From positions 16,086,156-16,150,155 of the forward strand of contig NC_068982.1 of the NCBI RefSeq assembly GCF_001194135.2: a DNA stretch of 64,000 nucleotides. Direction: 5' to 3'. Each line of letters begins with the position of its first letter. The stretch's first letter is position 1. Below, one piece after another: positions 24,504-38,277 of the stretch. The position numbers were made by a program, and so were the translations under genes. A model generated the notes under the pieces. The model had not been told where the DNA came from. It made no database searches and worked only from the letters and a program-made list of their open reading frames with translations. This stretch comes from Octopus bimaculoides. Lineage: Eukaryota.

Positions 24504-26384
24504 TAAAATCATTTGAGATTTTCAACATGATTTATTAAATGGTAAAAATAACTAATTACAAGGAACAGGAAGGTGGTGAACTGACAGAATCGTTAAAGCA
24601 TCTGCAATGGTGCTTTGTGTTTTTTTTGTTTTTTTTACTCGCTTCGTTCCGAGTTCGAATTCCAGCGAGATCGACTTTGCCTTTCATCTTTTTTTTTTTT
24701 ATGAATAAAATAAGAAATAGCTTAGCCCTAGGGTCGATGTAATCTGGACTTGTGCAAAAATTAGAAAGGAACTATGAAGAAAAAACAAACAGATTACATC
24801 CACTGCTTTACCCAATCTTTTTGGGATTATGACAAAGAACAATAGTTTTACAACTCTTGTGTCTGGGAGAATTATTATACCAATAACATTCACAATGCGT
24901 GTGTTATTATCGGCGAACGATTCTCCCAAGACAACGAAATTTGTTTCAACACACAAGTACCCGTCAAGAATCTTGTAAACCAAATACAAAAGACAGTTTT
25001 AAAAATTTCGGTTGCAAAGTTGAGGTTGAATTTTAAAATTTCGTAAAATTTAAAATAAATAAAAGATGATTTGTTTTGATGTACCGCGAGATATTTGTTA
25101 AATAAAGGAGAGCAAGATTGGTTCATTGATTCGCTACCAAGAATGTTATTGCAATTTATTTAATCAACTGCCAAATAATAAGAACATTAGAATTAAGGGT
25201 GAGAAATTTAACTAGTAATGATAATGAAGCTGGTAGTGAGTGATTAAATCTCAAATCGCCAGAACATTTTAAATAACTGCTGTACATTTTCAGTGGTGCG
25301 ATAGCAAATTTAAATTTCGCATGTGTGTGCAGGTGTGTTTGTACATACATATATCCAAAAATCTGCAGTCACTCTATCCAGATTTCAAGTTCAGGTTTAT
25401 ACCTGTAATTATTGATGCACTGAAATAAGTAACACACTGCCTAAATACCAACTTGAGAAAGTAGGCTTTTCAAAAGCAAGAAAAAAGAAAGCTGATTCGA
25501 AGGCTACAGATCCAATCCATCACTGGAACTGCGAAAATCTGTAAAACTTTCTAGAAATTTATCATTTAGGTATATATGAGTATATCTAGATATGCAAGTC
25601 TTTGCATGAGAATACATACATAAAACAAAACACACAAATCTGCAAGTATACATACATACATACACGCATACAAAAATACCCGGCTAGTGTTGAAATTCTA
25701 ATGAAGGAGCCTGGCAAGAAATCTTGAAATTAAACTGAATAATGAGACATACGCACACAAGCATATCTTACCTCGATACTGCGTAAACTGAGCTCCCCAT
25801 TGACAGACCCATGATATTAAATATAATGTTCAACGCTTATGATATGCAAATTAGTTCCACCGGTGTCCTGTAGCTACTGGATTTGTTGAGTATATAAACA
25901 GGTTGGGTTCTTATTTTTCCGAGATTGGTCAGAATATAGACGACTGTTCATCATTTCTTTCAAACTTTGGAAAAATAGTTAAATTTTCCGTTTATATATA
26001 TCTTTCTACCTAGGTTACCTATGACTGTATATATTACATACAATCACGCACGTACGCATATATATATACATATATATATATTACACGTGTACCGTTGGCA
26101 ATTTCTTTTCCTTTGAAATTCTTTCTCCTTTCACCGATCGTCAAGCTAATACATTTCTTATGCACGTTCTCATGTTATCCATGTTTATTTGAATTGACTA
26201 TATATATATATTAGCCACTACACATTATTTTCTCTCCTTGTTTCTTCCTGTGGGGGAGCGTAAGCTCAAAGCGTTAAAGACTTTCACTTCCCCAGCGTTA
26301 ACTAATACATCTGTTTATTGTCTGCACCACCTGTCTTCGTCTTTTTCTTTTTGTGAATTCTCTTATATATATATATATATATAT

Positions 26385-27722
26385 ATAGTGTGTTGGACAA
26401 AATAATAGAATCAACACTTTTTATTAACTATTTTCTTCTATTAGCAATATGCAGAACTGTTCTAGTTTGTATATATTTGTTCATATGCACTATGCATGCC
26501 TTGCGCTTCATGGTAAGTTGTTTTGGCAGATATTAAATAGGCTAAAATGCACGAGCTATCCGATTTCCAAAAAGAACAAATTTTTAAAGCGTTGATAACT
26601 AGAGCTTCAGTTACTAAAACTGATGAATAGTTTCATGTTTCGAGAAGTACAGTGTCTCAAATCATGTTAGCATTTCTAAACCAAGTTCTACCAGTTCTGG
26701 TAAGCATGATTCTGGACGGAAGGCAAAGCTCAGAGAGAGAAACCGTCGAATACTGAAACGTATTGGTATCTAAAAACCATCGAATTACGACAGCAAAAGT
26801 GACAGCGAGTTAAACCACCAGTTTATCCACCCTCTATCAAAACGAAACTATTCTTTGTGTGTTCCATGAATATGGACACAACAGAAGGGCCGCAATTGCT
26901 AAACCTCTCCCGCGCATACTTATTGATAAGCGACAAAAATGGTGGGTACATAAACGGTTCTCAACCGATTTAAGATCCGAGTCAGATCCAAAACCTGGAT
27001 TGTTTTTAGGGGCCGCACCAAGAAAAGTGAAACAGAAGTAAAAAAATATTATATTTATTGAGAGAAGATCATCGGGGGCCGCCGGAAGGATTCTTGAGGG
27101 CCGCAGTTGAGAACCGCTTGTCTAGATTATTATAAGTGGTAAATGGCTCAATGGAAATATGTTATCTTTTCTAATGAGACATCATTCACCTACTTTTCCC
27201 CACTTTGGAACGAGACCCTTTCATGAATTATGGAGGTGGTTTTGTGAGGATTTGGACAGTCATATCACGGCAGAATTCTCTTGACTCTTTAACTGTTTTC
27301 CATGTCAGAGTTAATGCCAAGGATTACCTGGTTGCTTTGGCTGACCATGTCCATCCTGTGGCACACATATTGCTCCTTGATGGCAGCACAATCTTCTAAG
27401 AGGAGTCACATCGCTAATTTTATCCAAAATCGGTAAGAAGAACACAGAAGTAAAGTAGATCACTTGGGCTGTCGCCCCAAATCATCAGATCTGATTATTA
27501 TTGAAATTATATGCTGCATTTTGGATTAGTAAGTGAGGATCCACTACTCTCCGCCATTGCCGTTGAAAGCACTAAAGCGGATTTTACATGAAGAATATCT
27601 AAAAATTCCCCTACCATTCACAACGTATATGAGTCACTTATTTGATGTATTAAAACTGAGTCTGATGCCAAATAAATAATAAAAATTCTATCTAAAAGGT
27701 GTTTTCATTATTTTGTTCAAAT
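26385..27722 (+). mobile_element. Near-full-length decayed Tc1 transposon
   Basis: TIR-like ends gttggacaaaataatagaatcaacac / ggtgttttcattattttgttcaa; translation fragments ELSDFQKEQI, VSRSTVSQIM, SGRKAKL, RAAIAKPL, YGGGFVRIW, DHVHPV, SSDLIIIE match Tc1 HTH and DDE regions, with many stops and frameshifts. Confidence 0.88.
26952..27119. mobile_element. hAT/Charlie-like MITE nested in the Tc1
   Basis: TIRs aaacggttctcaac / gttgagaaccgctt; right flank gtctagat; TSD degraded. Confidence 0.65.
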
Positions 27723-28040
27723 TCGGGGTCGATAAATAAAGTGAAACACCGGGGTCGATGTGATCGACTCATGCCCTCCCCAAAATTTCAGGTCTTTTGC
27801 CTTTAGAAGAAAGGATTATTTTGTTCAATCAGGGCGGCGAGGTGGCAGAATCGTTAGCACGTCAGGCAATATGCTCACTGGCATTTCGTACTTCCTTGCG
27901 TTCTGAGTTCAAATTCCGCAGAGGTTGTTTTTGCTTTTCATCCTATCGAGGTCAGTGAAAAAAATTACCTGTTACGCACTGAAATCAATATAATCGACTA
28001 GCCCCCTCCCACAAAATTTCAGACCTTGTGCCTATAGTCG
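27721..28040 (+). mobile_element. SINE family C tail plus a full diverged copy
   Basis: ggcggcgaggtggcagaatcgttagc head near 27833; gagttcaaattcc B-box. Confidence 0.8.
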
Positions 28041-29266
28041 TTGAGCAAGACGCTTTATTCCACGTTGCACCAGTTCACTCAGATGGCAAAGACGAGTGGT
28101 ACATGAGATTCAAAGAGGTAGTTTTGTTCCATTCTATATCATGCTGAATTTCCATGAGAACTACATTAAGGTTCCGTGTGTCTGTGGAGTGCTCATCTAC
28201 CTGCACATTAATTTCACGAGGGGGCTTTTCCGTTGTTCATGTGCATATATACGTATGTATATATAGGTATACGTACGTGATGGTATATAAATGATGAAAC
28301 ATGTGTGTTTAGCCTTTGCTAGCCTTCAAACTTTTCAGTATCGTTTCAACAACAGCAAAAAAAAACCCCCAAAAAAACGGAAAATGAAGAAACCTAGAGA
28401 ATTTGGCTGTGGATGTTTTCAAAACGGAACAAGACCTCTTCCTGTCCACAATACCGAATGAACTAACGGCCTGACACGAGGTACAGACGAGGGTAGCAGT
28501 GTCAGATGCCATCATACACTAAATGACCCGATAACCAAAGGAAAAACCAGATGCAGGATTGATGATATGAAACCCCACCAGAGGGAAGAAATCAGCCAAA
28601 GAAGAATGATATGCAAAGCTACAAAATCACAGTGGTACTCCAGTATGACCGTAGCCGCATGACTGAAACGAAAAAACGAACAAAATCTTTCTCAGCCCTG
28701 TCATAGGATAACGGATATACTTAGATTAAACTCTAGAAGACAATCTTTAAGAAACTGAAAATATACACGAAACAGAAAAGACATGAAAAAAGCATGGAGA
28801 TAAACTACACAAACTTGAAGGCTCTGTCATCTACGAAAGGAATTCTATCACTGGATGATGTTTTCTTGACTTATATACTTCGTTCCTCATTTTTGGTTCT
28901 ATTCTCAGTTTTCGTTTTCCATTGTTCATATTAGTTTATATTCTTGGCTCTTTATCTTCTAAGAATTATTAGTTTTTCATCTTTTGTTTATATTTTTCTT
29001 ACTTAACTTGGGTTATTTTTAGTTCTCCGGTCATAACTATATTCTTGATTCTTTATTGTTTGCTCTTTGGATTTTATCGTTCTTTAACAGTCAAATGTTT
29101 ATATTTTACTGTTTTCATGGCTAATTTCTCATGTTTTACACACGCACATAATCCGTATNNNNNNNNNNNNNNNNNNNNNNNNNNNNNNNNNNNNNNNNNN
29201 NNNNNNNNNNNNNNNNNNNNNNNNNNNNNNNNNNNNNNNNNNNNNNNNNNNNNNNNNNATACATAC

Positions 29267-29305
<39 letters not shown>

Positions 29306-29429
29306 AGAAGGTAAACTGTTCCTCTCTGGTTATTCTGTATAGTTGACTCAATATTCGGTCATTTTTATCTGCCATTTTCTTTTGTCGTTCTAGTTATTGT
29401 TTCATCATTGGTGCAATACATTTGTCCTT

Positions 29430-30262
29430 CTTTGCTTGTCTTTAGACTGTGGCCATGCTGGGGCACCACCATGAAGAATCCTAGCCAAACGAATCGACTC
29501 CAGTACTTATTTTTTCTTAAGCCTGGTACTTAATCTGTCGGTATCTTTTGCCGAACCGCTAAGTTACGGGGACGTAAGCACACCAACACCGGCGGTGGGG
29601 AACAAACAGACACTGACACACATATATGTGTGTGTGCTTTGAATAAAAGGAAACAACAAAGGCAAGGCAGTGTGAAATTTCTAGGACGTTTATAAAGAGA
29701 AAGGTAGTCTTACAGCTGTTTCAGGGATATAAATATCCCATCATCGGAGACGATATGAGAGAGTTAAATAGAAGGAAATAGAGTTCAATATGAGAAGTTA
29801 TTTTGATAGTGACATCCAACATTTTTATTCTTTTTCCTTTTATACTTCCTGTATCTCTCCCTTTCCAAAATAACTTCTTATATTGAACTCTACTATTTCC
29901 TTCTATTTAACTCATATCGTCTCTGATGATGGAATATCTATTATATCCCTAAAACAGCTGTAAGACTACCTTTCTCTTTATGAATGTCCTAGAAATTTCA
30001 CACTACATTGGCTTTGTTGTCTCATTTTATTCAACATATACACGCTCACACACGACTCGCGTTAGACTCCTCACTCATACTATTATCGAACCGAGAGTCT
30101 AACAGCAGTCCTTCCGTAGCACAACGGGCCTTTCAGTTTCTGTCTGCCAAATCCACTCACAAGGCTTTGGTCAACCCGAGGCTATATTAGAAGGCACCGT
30201 GTAGTGGGACTGCACCTGATACCATGACTTGGGAAGCAAACTCCTTACCACATAGCCATGCT
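29430..30262 (-). mobile_element. SINE family A split by a palindromic insertion
   Basis: Tail half at about 29430-29640 and head half at about 30110-30262 flank the inverted-repeat element. Confidence 0.65.
29653..30020. repeat. Inverted-repeat element (about 150-bp arms, about 60-bp spacer) carrying hammerhead-like motifs
   Basis: Left arm acaacaaaggcaaggcagtgtgaaatttctaggac...aagttattttg pairs with right arm caaaataactt...gtcctagaaatttcacactacattggctttgttgt. Confidence 0.9.
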
Positions 30263-30330
30263 ACACACACATATATATATATATACATACATACATACAC
30301 ACACACGAATGTCTACATATACACACACAC

Positions 30331-30371
<41 letters not shown>

Positions 30372-31370
30372 TACACACACACACACACATGCTCCAACTA
30401 AAAGACTTTTCATATGATAGAAAAGAGAATACATAACTAACTGAAAATATTGTCTTTGGCAAGTGTTTGCCCTTGTGATTTATTTATTGTCATTGGTATT
30501 GCTAATTTAATTGGAAGCTGTTTTCTTATTCGTGTAAACGAAATCTCTTCATTTCCAGAAGAAAAGCGACTTTTGGAATAGACACGACTTTTCTGCCATG
30601 AAGTCGGCGAGTAATAATTTTTGCTTGAGTAATTTTTGCTCCAATTTCTTGAATAACTAAATGCGTAGCGTTACACGTCTTATTTGGATTGGTCGGCTGT
30701 ATGCAGAAATGTTACTTCAGCATTATTCTTTCATTTCAATCTGTCTGATGTCAGGTCGAATAGATTTTGATTATTTAAATATTTCACATGTGAATTCGGA
30801 ATTGTCATTTTAATCTGAACATCTATCATGGCCAAACAATATACTATTTGATCTCCCGGAAACTTGTTCAATATCTCGTCATTGATTAAAACAACATGGA
30901 CACTTCTGGAACTAAAACAGAAATTTTACAAAATTTTTCATGCTCGGCAATGAATTCCTGCATGACATTTTCATTGAAAACTAAAGTGAAGTCCGATGAC
31001 TCAGTAAAACATATTAAATTTTTCTCGAATTTTAATTTCTCCATTTGTTTCTTCAGGTTCAGTGCCGTTTCCTGCAGGAAGTAAAGTCATTGAATTAAAT
31101 TAACTGTTTTTGCTACTCTGAATTTTCTGGATATAATTTAAGTCGCGCATGTTTTATGTCAGTTACAGCTTTTTGACATGTCTCCAATAATGATGAATTA
31201 TTAAAATTTGCGTCGACAAATTTTGCTCTGTTGCAACGCTTGATAACATCTCGTCTAAAATCCCTACCAAAAGAAAGAAAAATTATAACATCTCTAAAAT
31301 GGATTTGTAAACGCCTTGATTTTTTTCATTAGCTCTTATGTCTAATCCAATTCTTCAACGGTGAGACAAA

Positions 31371-31676
31371 CTGGCACTGCGGCAGTTACGATGCGTGTTC
31401 TAGTTGATCCGATCAACGGAAAAGCCTGCTTCTGAAATTAACGTGCTAGTGGCCGAGTTCTCCACAGACACGAGTACCCTTAACGTATTATTCAGTATAA
31501 CACAATGTCACAAGATTGGCCCTTTGAATTACAGGTACAACTCATTTTTGCAAGATGAGTGGACTGGAGCATTGTGAAATAAAGTGCCTTGCTCAAAGAC
31601 AACACACTGCCGGATATCGAACTCACAATCTTATGATTATGAGCTGAATATCGTAACCATTAAGCCACGCGCCTCC
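31371..31676 (-). mobile_element. SINE of a family-B-related subfamily, diverged
   Basis: Ends taagccacgcgcctcc; shares the gaaattaacgtgc...cacagacacg body with family B. Confidence 0.75.
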
Positions 31677-31724
31677 ACACGTTGAGACAAGATAAACAAG
31701 GTCAGCTCCAATGATACAAGTTTC

Positions 31725-32240
31725 ATATTCTTTTGTTTCAGTCACTTGACTGCGGCCATGCAGGAGCACTGCCTTTAGTCGAACAAATCGACCCCAGGAC
31801 TTATTCTTTGTAAACCTAGTACTTATTCTATCGATCTCTTATGCCGAACGTCTATGTTACGGGGACGTAAACACACCAACATCGGTTTTCAAGCGATGGT
31901 GGGGGACAAACACAGACACACAAACATATATATTACACCTAGAAAGTTCCCCTCCGAGGTGTAAGTCCGGGCAAGGTTGTTTGTGGAAGACCAGCAGTCG
32001 CCCATGCAAACCAGCCTACCCTCTCCATGCCACCGATGTTATCCAAGGGAAAGGCAAAGGCTGATTGATGCAGCTTGACACTAGTGATGTTGCAACTCAT
32101 TTCTACAACTGAGTGATCTGGAGCAACGTGAAATAAAGTGTCTTGCTCAAGAACACAACACACAGCCAGGTCCAGGAACCAAACTCACTACCTCATGATT
32201 GTGATCCCGACGCCTAACCATTGAGCTATGCACCTTCATT
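31725..32240 (-). mobile_element. SINE family A tail plus a different tRNA-headed SINE
   Basis: Family A tail at 31725-31930; a second element at about 31935-32235 with head gcatagctcaatggttagg on the minus strand. Confidence 0.65.
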
Positions 32241-32939
32241 GCTGTAAAAACGCTTCTTTTAGCTTTTATTTGTTTGTTATTAGCCTGCGACCATGCTGGA
32301 GTTCCGCCTCGAAGAATTTTTAGTCGAATGAATCAACTCCGGTACTTATTCCGTAAAGCCTTGCACTTATTCATTCGATCTTTTACCGAAATGGTAAGGT
32401 ACGATGACATAAACATACCTACACCGGTTCTCNNNNNNNNNNNNNNNNNNNNNNNNNNNNNNNNNNNNNNNNNNNNNNNNNNNNNNNNNNNNNNNNNNNN
32501 NNNNNNNNNNNNNNNNNNNNNNNNNNNNNNNNNNNNNNNNNNNNNNNNNNNNNNNNNNNNNNNNNNNNNNNNNNNNNNNNNNNNNNNNNNNNNNNNNNNN
32601 NNNNNNNNNNNNNNNNNNNNNNNNNNNNNNNNNNNNNNNNNNNNNNNNNNNNNNNNNNNNNNNNNNNNNNNNNNNNNNNNNNNNNNNNNNNNNNNNNNNN
32701 NNNNNNNNNNNNNNNNNNNNNNNNNNNNNNNNNNNNAGATATAATGAAAAATGAAATGAAGCCGTTCGGCTCCACCTCCGACCGACTTCATTGAACCTGT
32801 TATTAGACCTTTTTTTTTTAAAAACCACTAGTTTACAATACCATTAGTAACACCATTAACAGCTAATTTCCATTCTTCCGAAAGATGTTTGTATTATATT
32901 TCTTTAAAAAAATCATAAAAGTTTACTCGTTCTAGCATT

Positions 32940-34450
32940 GTGCTGGTGTCTATTTTCTCGACCCATTACCCATAGTGATAGTTTTCCTCAGTCCCTCAAT
33001 CTCAAAAGAAACTCTGGGTCTGCCACCACACAGCGAATGTACTCGGGCAACCCCATTACTCCTGTTACATCCACTTTTATCACTGTCCCACGAGTCTATC
33101 ACATTATACAGTTCTTCATTGTCTCCGCTGTACAGTAAAACTTGGGGCTCCTGTGTGCTTGTCTTTATGTCAGGTGGGGCATGGAGAGGGTTGGTGTCTC
33201 TGAGAAAAGTTTGGGATAAAGTGGGTGTAGGTAGGAGTCGGTTGAATGTGAGACGGGGGTCATGTACAATGTGTGCTTTTTTTCTTTTTTTCCCAGCCGT
33301 TTCCTATCTGTTTTTTTCCTCATTCATCTCTTCTTCGACGCGATTACTGGTTTTCGTCGGTGGTGAAGTCACAATTTCCTTCTCACTCTCGTGTTTCTCT
33401 AGCCTTCGCGGATCGTGGAGGACAGTCCTCACTAATGTGGCCTGAAAGTCCACATTTATAGCACCGCGGGATCCTTCCTTCCACTAACTGAATGTTACCT
33501 CTCCGACTGTGATGGTCTCGACCATGTTTTCGATGTCTTCCGGGACTGCCTGTATTATTATGTCTAGGCTTTGCCCTTGCCAGTTCCTGTGGGATGTTCT
33601 GGTGGCCTGTAGGACCACTACTCTCTTCTCCATGCCCAGCAGTATGGCAGCTACATCAACTTCTGGGCGGGGTGTCTCCCAAAGTATACGGGTCGAAGCA
33701 CCACTTCATCTGTTTTTAACGGTGTTGCTGAATGCAGCCTGGCAGTAGCTACCTCCTGAAACTGCACCTCTATTGGTCCATACTTTCTTCCCCTGGCAAG
33801 GTAGGAAATCTCTTGCCAGATTGGTTTAAGTGCCTTTTCAGCTTGAGCCGTCGACATGACTTCAATTTTTCCCGCTTGTTACCGAGTACGTCCTGTAAAT
33901 TATAGTTTTCCATTTTTTTCTTTTAAGTCTTCTTCCGGACGGCGGGNNNNNNNNNNNNNNNNNNNNNNNNNNNNNNNNNNNNNNNNNNNNNNNNNNNNNN
34001 NNNNNNNNNNNNNNNNNNNNNNNNNNNNNNNNNNNNNNNNNNNNNNNNNNNNNNNNNNNNNNNNNNNNNNNNNNNNNNNNNNNNNNNNNNNNNNNNNNNN
34101 NNNNNNNNNNNNNNNNNNNNNNNNNTCCCTTTTAATCATTTCTTTGAATTTACTCAATTCCTCCACAGACACGCCTTTGCCGCCTCTGCACAATTCCTTG
34201 TCTCCATTACCTCGTCAATTCTTTTCACCAACTCTTCCCCAGACGACACAAAGTCTGAAGAAGAACCCAAACCCTCGCGCTCCACCACACACTCACAACG
34301 CTCCCCCATCAAACAAGAGGGAGGACGTCGCACACCACCGCTGCAAGACAGCCAAACACACGTGTTCCACACAAAGACAGCAGGTTCAACAACAATCAAT
34401 AAATCGGAAGCAAGCTTCTTACCACACAGCTATGTCTGCGCCTTTCCTGT
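32940..34450 (-). mobile_element. Non-LTR retrotransposon ORF1 (gag-like, CCHC knuckle), decayed, 5' region
   Basis: Minus strand VEGRIPRCYKCGLSGHISEDCP (CX2CX4HX4C at 33422-33463), preceded by ISYLARGRKYGPIEVQF; frameshifts and an N gap; clade unresolved. Confidence 0.75.
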
Positions 34451-35954
34451 CGACTTATTTTTAATAATTTGTATTACAGGAACTTTAAATTTCAAAGACC
34501 TCAAGAACTATTTCATATTAGCCGTATTAGTGCTGCCACGGGTTGACAATTACTCGAAATGGATTTATTTTCTTATAAAACCAGTCGAAGTTTTTCGAAT
34601 TGTGCTGTGGAATGGAACCAATAATTTCAGGAATCCCTAATACATTTCTGCCATCCTCTAAAAGCCCTTTTCAAATGCTCTAAATGCCTAGACTCTGCAA
34701 GATTTCAGTAAAGATAAAGCAAACAAGCAAGTCTTTTGTAGTCGATGTGGTATCACAAACACGTGGCGATTCTCCATTGTCTAATAGTGTTCGCTATCAG
34801 CCTTTCCTAAATTCATTTCCATTGAAGCTTCTTTTTAAGTAGCACAAATGTCATCATTAGCAATTTCCATTCCATGATGTATTTCGCGGAATATGATGAA
34901 ATGAAGCTCTCAGATAGAAGCGCTCTTGAACTTTTGTCCAAACAAAATATATGCATCATAATGGAGTGGGTGTTATTTTTCTTTCATTCTACATTTCGTT
35001 GTACAATGCTCATCTGTAATTCCTTGGGAAACCAAGAGAGTAGATACAATTATGTGCTTTGGACAATGTAAGCGATACATGCTTCACTTTCAGCCGTTAA
35101 CTAAGAGTTCAGTTTCTTTCTTTTTTGTTTCTCAGTAATCTATTTAGTTCCTTCGTCATCAATGAAACACATTGTTGTTTGAACAGGCTGATATGAACCA
35201 TGTAGCTTAAACCCCAACATATTTCATGTGACTTCGGATGCTGAATCAGAGAAAACAGCAGCTTTTAATATAATTATCACTTTCATTTGATTTGCTTCTT
35301 GTTTCTCAACATCCATTCCCCTAGAAATTATCACTGCGATCAATGGCCATCATAAAAATATCTACTGAAAAATATTTTTGCTGATCAAACAGTTGTACAT
35401 ACTTCTTCAACACAATGACCACAATATTTCACACTGAAATACAAAAAATATGAAACGACTGTCAGATTATCGAAATACACTTTTGATTTGCTGAAATTTG
35501 AACCAATAATTCATTATATTCCGGCCTCTATGATGCGAAGAATTCTTTGGATATTATTTTTGATATTTACCATCAACCTGTGTGGAACAGTTTGGTTATC
35601 TCTCATCATTGACCGTGCAGCATAGTTTTATATAGTCTTAGCTGCGTTTCTGCTGATACCAACCTATCCTCTTTTGCATGTAACTTATAAACCTTTCTTT
35701 AATACGATCAACACCCGGAAAAGAGGTAGGATGCATCTCTCAAACTCTACACTCCACGTCTGCCCTATGACTTCTTTTCCACTGTATCATTTAAGGAATC
35801 CTTAAATTTCGCAGAGAAGACTGTTCATTAAATCTGGTTCATTAGCGATTGTTTGTACCGAATACAACAAAATTTCTTACCAGTTCTAATTTCACGTGAA
35901 AGTAATAACGAAACTCAATTTTCCTAACTTTCATTCAATTGCTATAGTTTCCAT

Positions 35955-36373
35955 ACTAGCTGTGTGGTGAGAAGTTTGCTTCCCAGCTACATGGTTCCGG
36001 GATCAGTCCCACTGCATGTCACCTCGGGCAAGTGTCTTCTACTATAGCCTCAGTCCTAGCAAAGCCTTGTGAGTGGATTTGGTAGACGAAAACTGAAAGA
36101 AACCCATCATATATAAGTACCCAGTACACTGTAAAGTGGTTGGCATTAGGAAGGGCATCCAGCTGTAGAAACCGAGCCAAAACAGGCTATGGAACCTTGT
36201 GCGGCCCCTGGTCTTGCCAGTTCCTATGAACCCGTCCAACCTATACCAGCATGGAAAACGAGGGTTAAATGATGATGACATGTCTGTGTGTCCTCGTGTC
36301 TGTTTGCCCTACCACTCCACGATTGACAACCGTGTTGGGGTGTTTATGTCCCTGTAATTTAAGAGTTGATTCG

Positions 36374-36406
<33 letters not shown>

Positions 36407-36522
36407 AGTACCAGACTTTCAAAAAAAAGTAGTGGGGGTTGATTTATTTGACTTATAATTCTTCAAGGCGTTACCCCAGTATGGCCACAGTCTAATGTCT
36501 GCAACAAGTAAAAGATGAAAGA
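35955..36522 (+). mobile_element. SINE family A with an internal second repeat
   Basis: Family A head and tail surround a ggttggcattaggaagggcatccagc...gttaaatgatgatga segment (about 36110-36280). Confidence 0.75.
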
Positions 36523-38277
36523 TTCACGAGGGGTAACACTATAAGACAATGATTTAACCGACATTAACCGCGATGTCATAAATAGCTTGAGACGATTCGG
36601 CGGTAAACTGATTTTGGTTAGATCTTATCCACTACAGTCTAATTCCTTCAATTTTAGAATAAATATCATCGTAATATTTTGGGGCCTGTAGGGCCGAACA
36701 AGTAAAAGAATCTGAAAGCATTTCACGTACTACGTGTAATAATAAATAAAATTAATAAGTCATTTTGTGTGAATTTGTCTTAGATTTTGTGGCCACATCG
36801 CATGTTAAAGTATCTTTCCATTCCCTATCATTAAATGGCAAAGGTATTGGAAACTGCTGCGGGTAATAATTTGGATGAATAGATTTTATTGCCTGAAGTG
36901 AATCCTCTATGAGACACCATTTACGTGACCTAATAAGTCGTTTCGGTTACAGGGTTTCCAAATTATTAACAAGGCATATAATTACTGCGATTCCTTCTAC
37001 AGTGGGTGGATTGCATCTTTGGACACTCAATCTATAAAATTGTTTATTTTCAAGAATATCCATTGAAAATTAGTGACTATTAACTGTATTCTTCGATATT
37101 ATCCTAAAACAGTTACAAACTAGTTATCTTGTAACATCATTGCTTCAAATAATTCCATGAAACGTCTGTCTGGTGTGTTGAAGTACTTGAATCCTTTATG
37201 CCCGTCGATATGCCGTAACACATTTCAGCAAAACTCGGTTCTTGATTTCCAGATCAACTTAAATTTATAGCTTGTCAATGAGACATTCAATCAATTTTAT
37301 CAGAACAGATACCGTTTCTGTTTGAATTGAATACTTTAATAGTTCCCACTTCTGGAAATGTAAAAACCAAATCCCGTTTTGGAATGGATCAGAATCTGTT
37401 GATAGTATCACCCGTTTCTTACCACAGCTCAAATTGGACTTCGGGTATGTTTTTCAACAGCATGAAATCCTATTCTTTAACTAGATATTTCTATCACATT
37501 TTCAGCATTTAACATCCCATTGTTGTGTTCCAATCCCTATTCCTTCAATTTCATCAATCCTCTTGTGTTTGGAAACAATCTCTCTCGATTCCTTTGTTGT
37601 CTAAAGCAACTACTGAAGTCTTTTATCCTTTTTTGCAGTTCTTTACAGGGCCTCTCCTACTTTTGCCTATTTTTCCCTTTATGGTTTTTGATCTATAATT
37701 TCATTTACCTTTGCATTAGTCATTCCTCTTCTGTTAAATTCTCACATTTTTCCCCTTTGAATATCTACCCAGGAATTGTAAGCTACGATAGACACTCCCT
37801 TTCGTTCGTACCGCTTTTCTTTTCAGTTGTTGCCATTGTTATATTCTCCCTATTTTTCCACATTGTTATTCATAAAATAATATCTCCCGCACCGAAATTG
37901 AGAAAGACGTAACTTTCTGTTTACGGTGATTAAAAAAATGAAATACAGAAAAGTCAAAGCATTAACTGCAACTTAGGAAATGGATAGCTTTGACATTTCT
38001 ATGTATAGATGTGTGTATGTGTGTGTGCGAGCGAGCGAACGTGATATTATTGAAAAGTCTATTCTGCATACAAAACCAAAAGAAACTAACAATGAAATAT
38101 TTATTAGTTCCATTCTCCTTACGAAATTAATGAAGACGATATATCAACATGGCAAAAATAAAATATAGAAATTTGAAAGCTTACATTGAAATTTAACATG
38201 TATTGTATTCTTATTTCTATTTCTTCAGATTTATCAATCGTCTTTGCGCAAGTAATATTATTGGATATTTCATATAT

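Noticed and set aside
24914-24931. P-element-like transposase motif ERFSQD
   Set aside because: Six-residue match only; the surrounding translation does not continue the family pattern.
26245-26280. Degenerate hammerhead-like segment (gagcgtaagctcaaagcgt)
   Set aside because: Both core motifs are mutated in this copy; not supportable without a family consensus.
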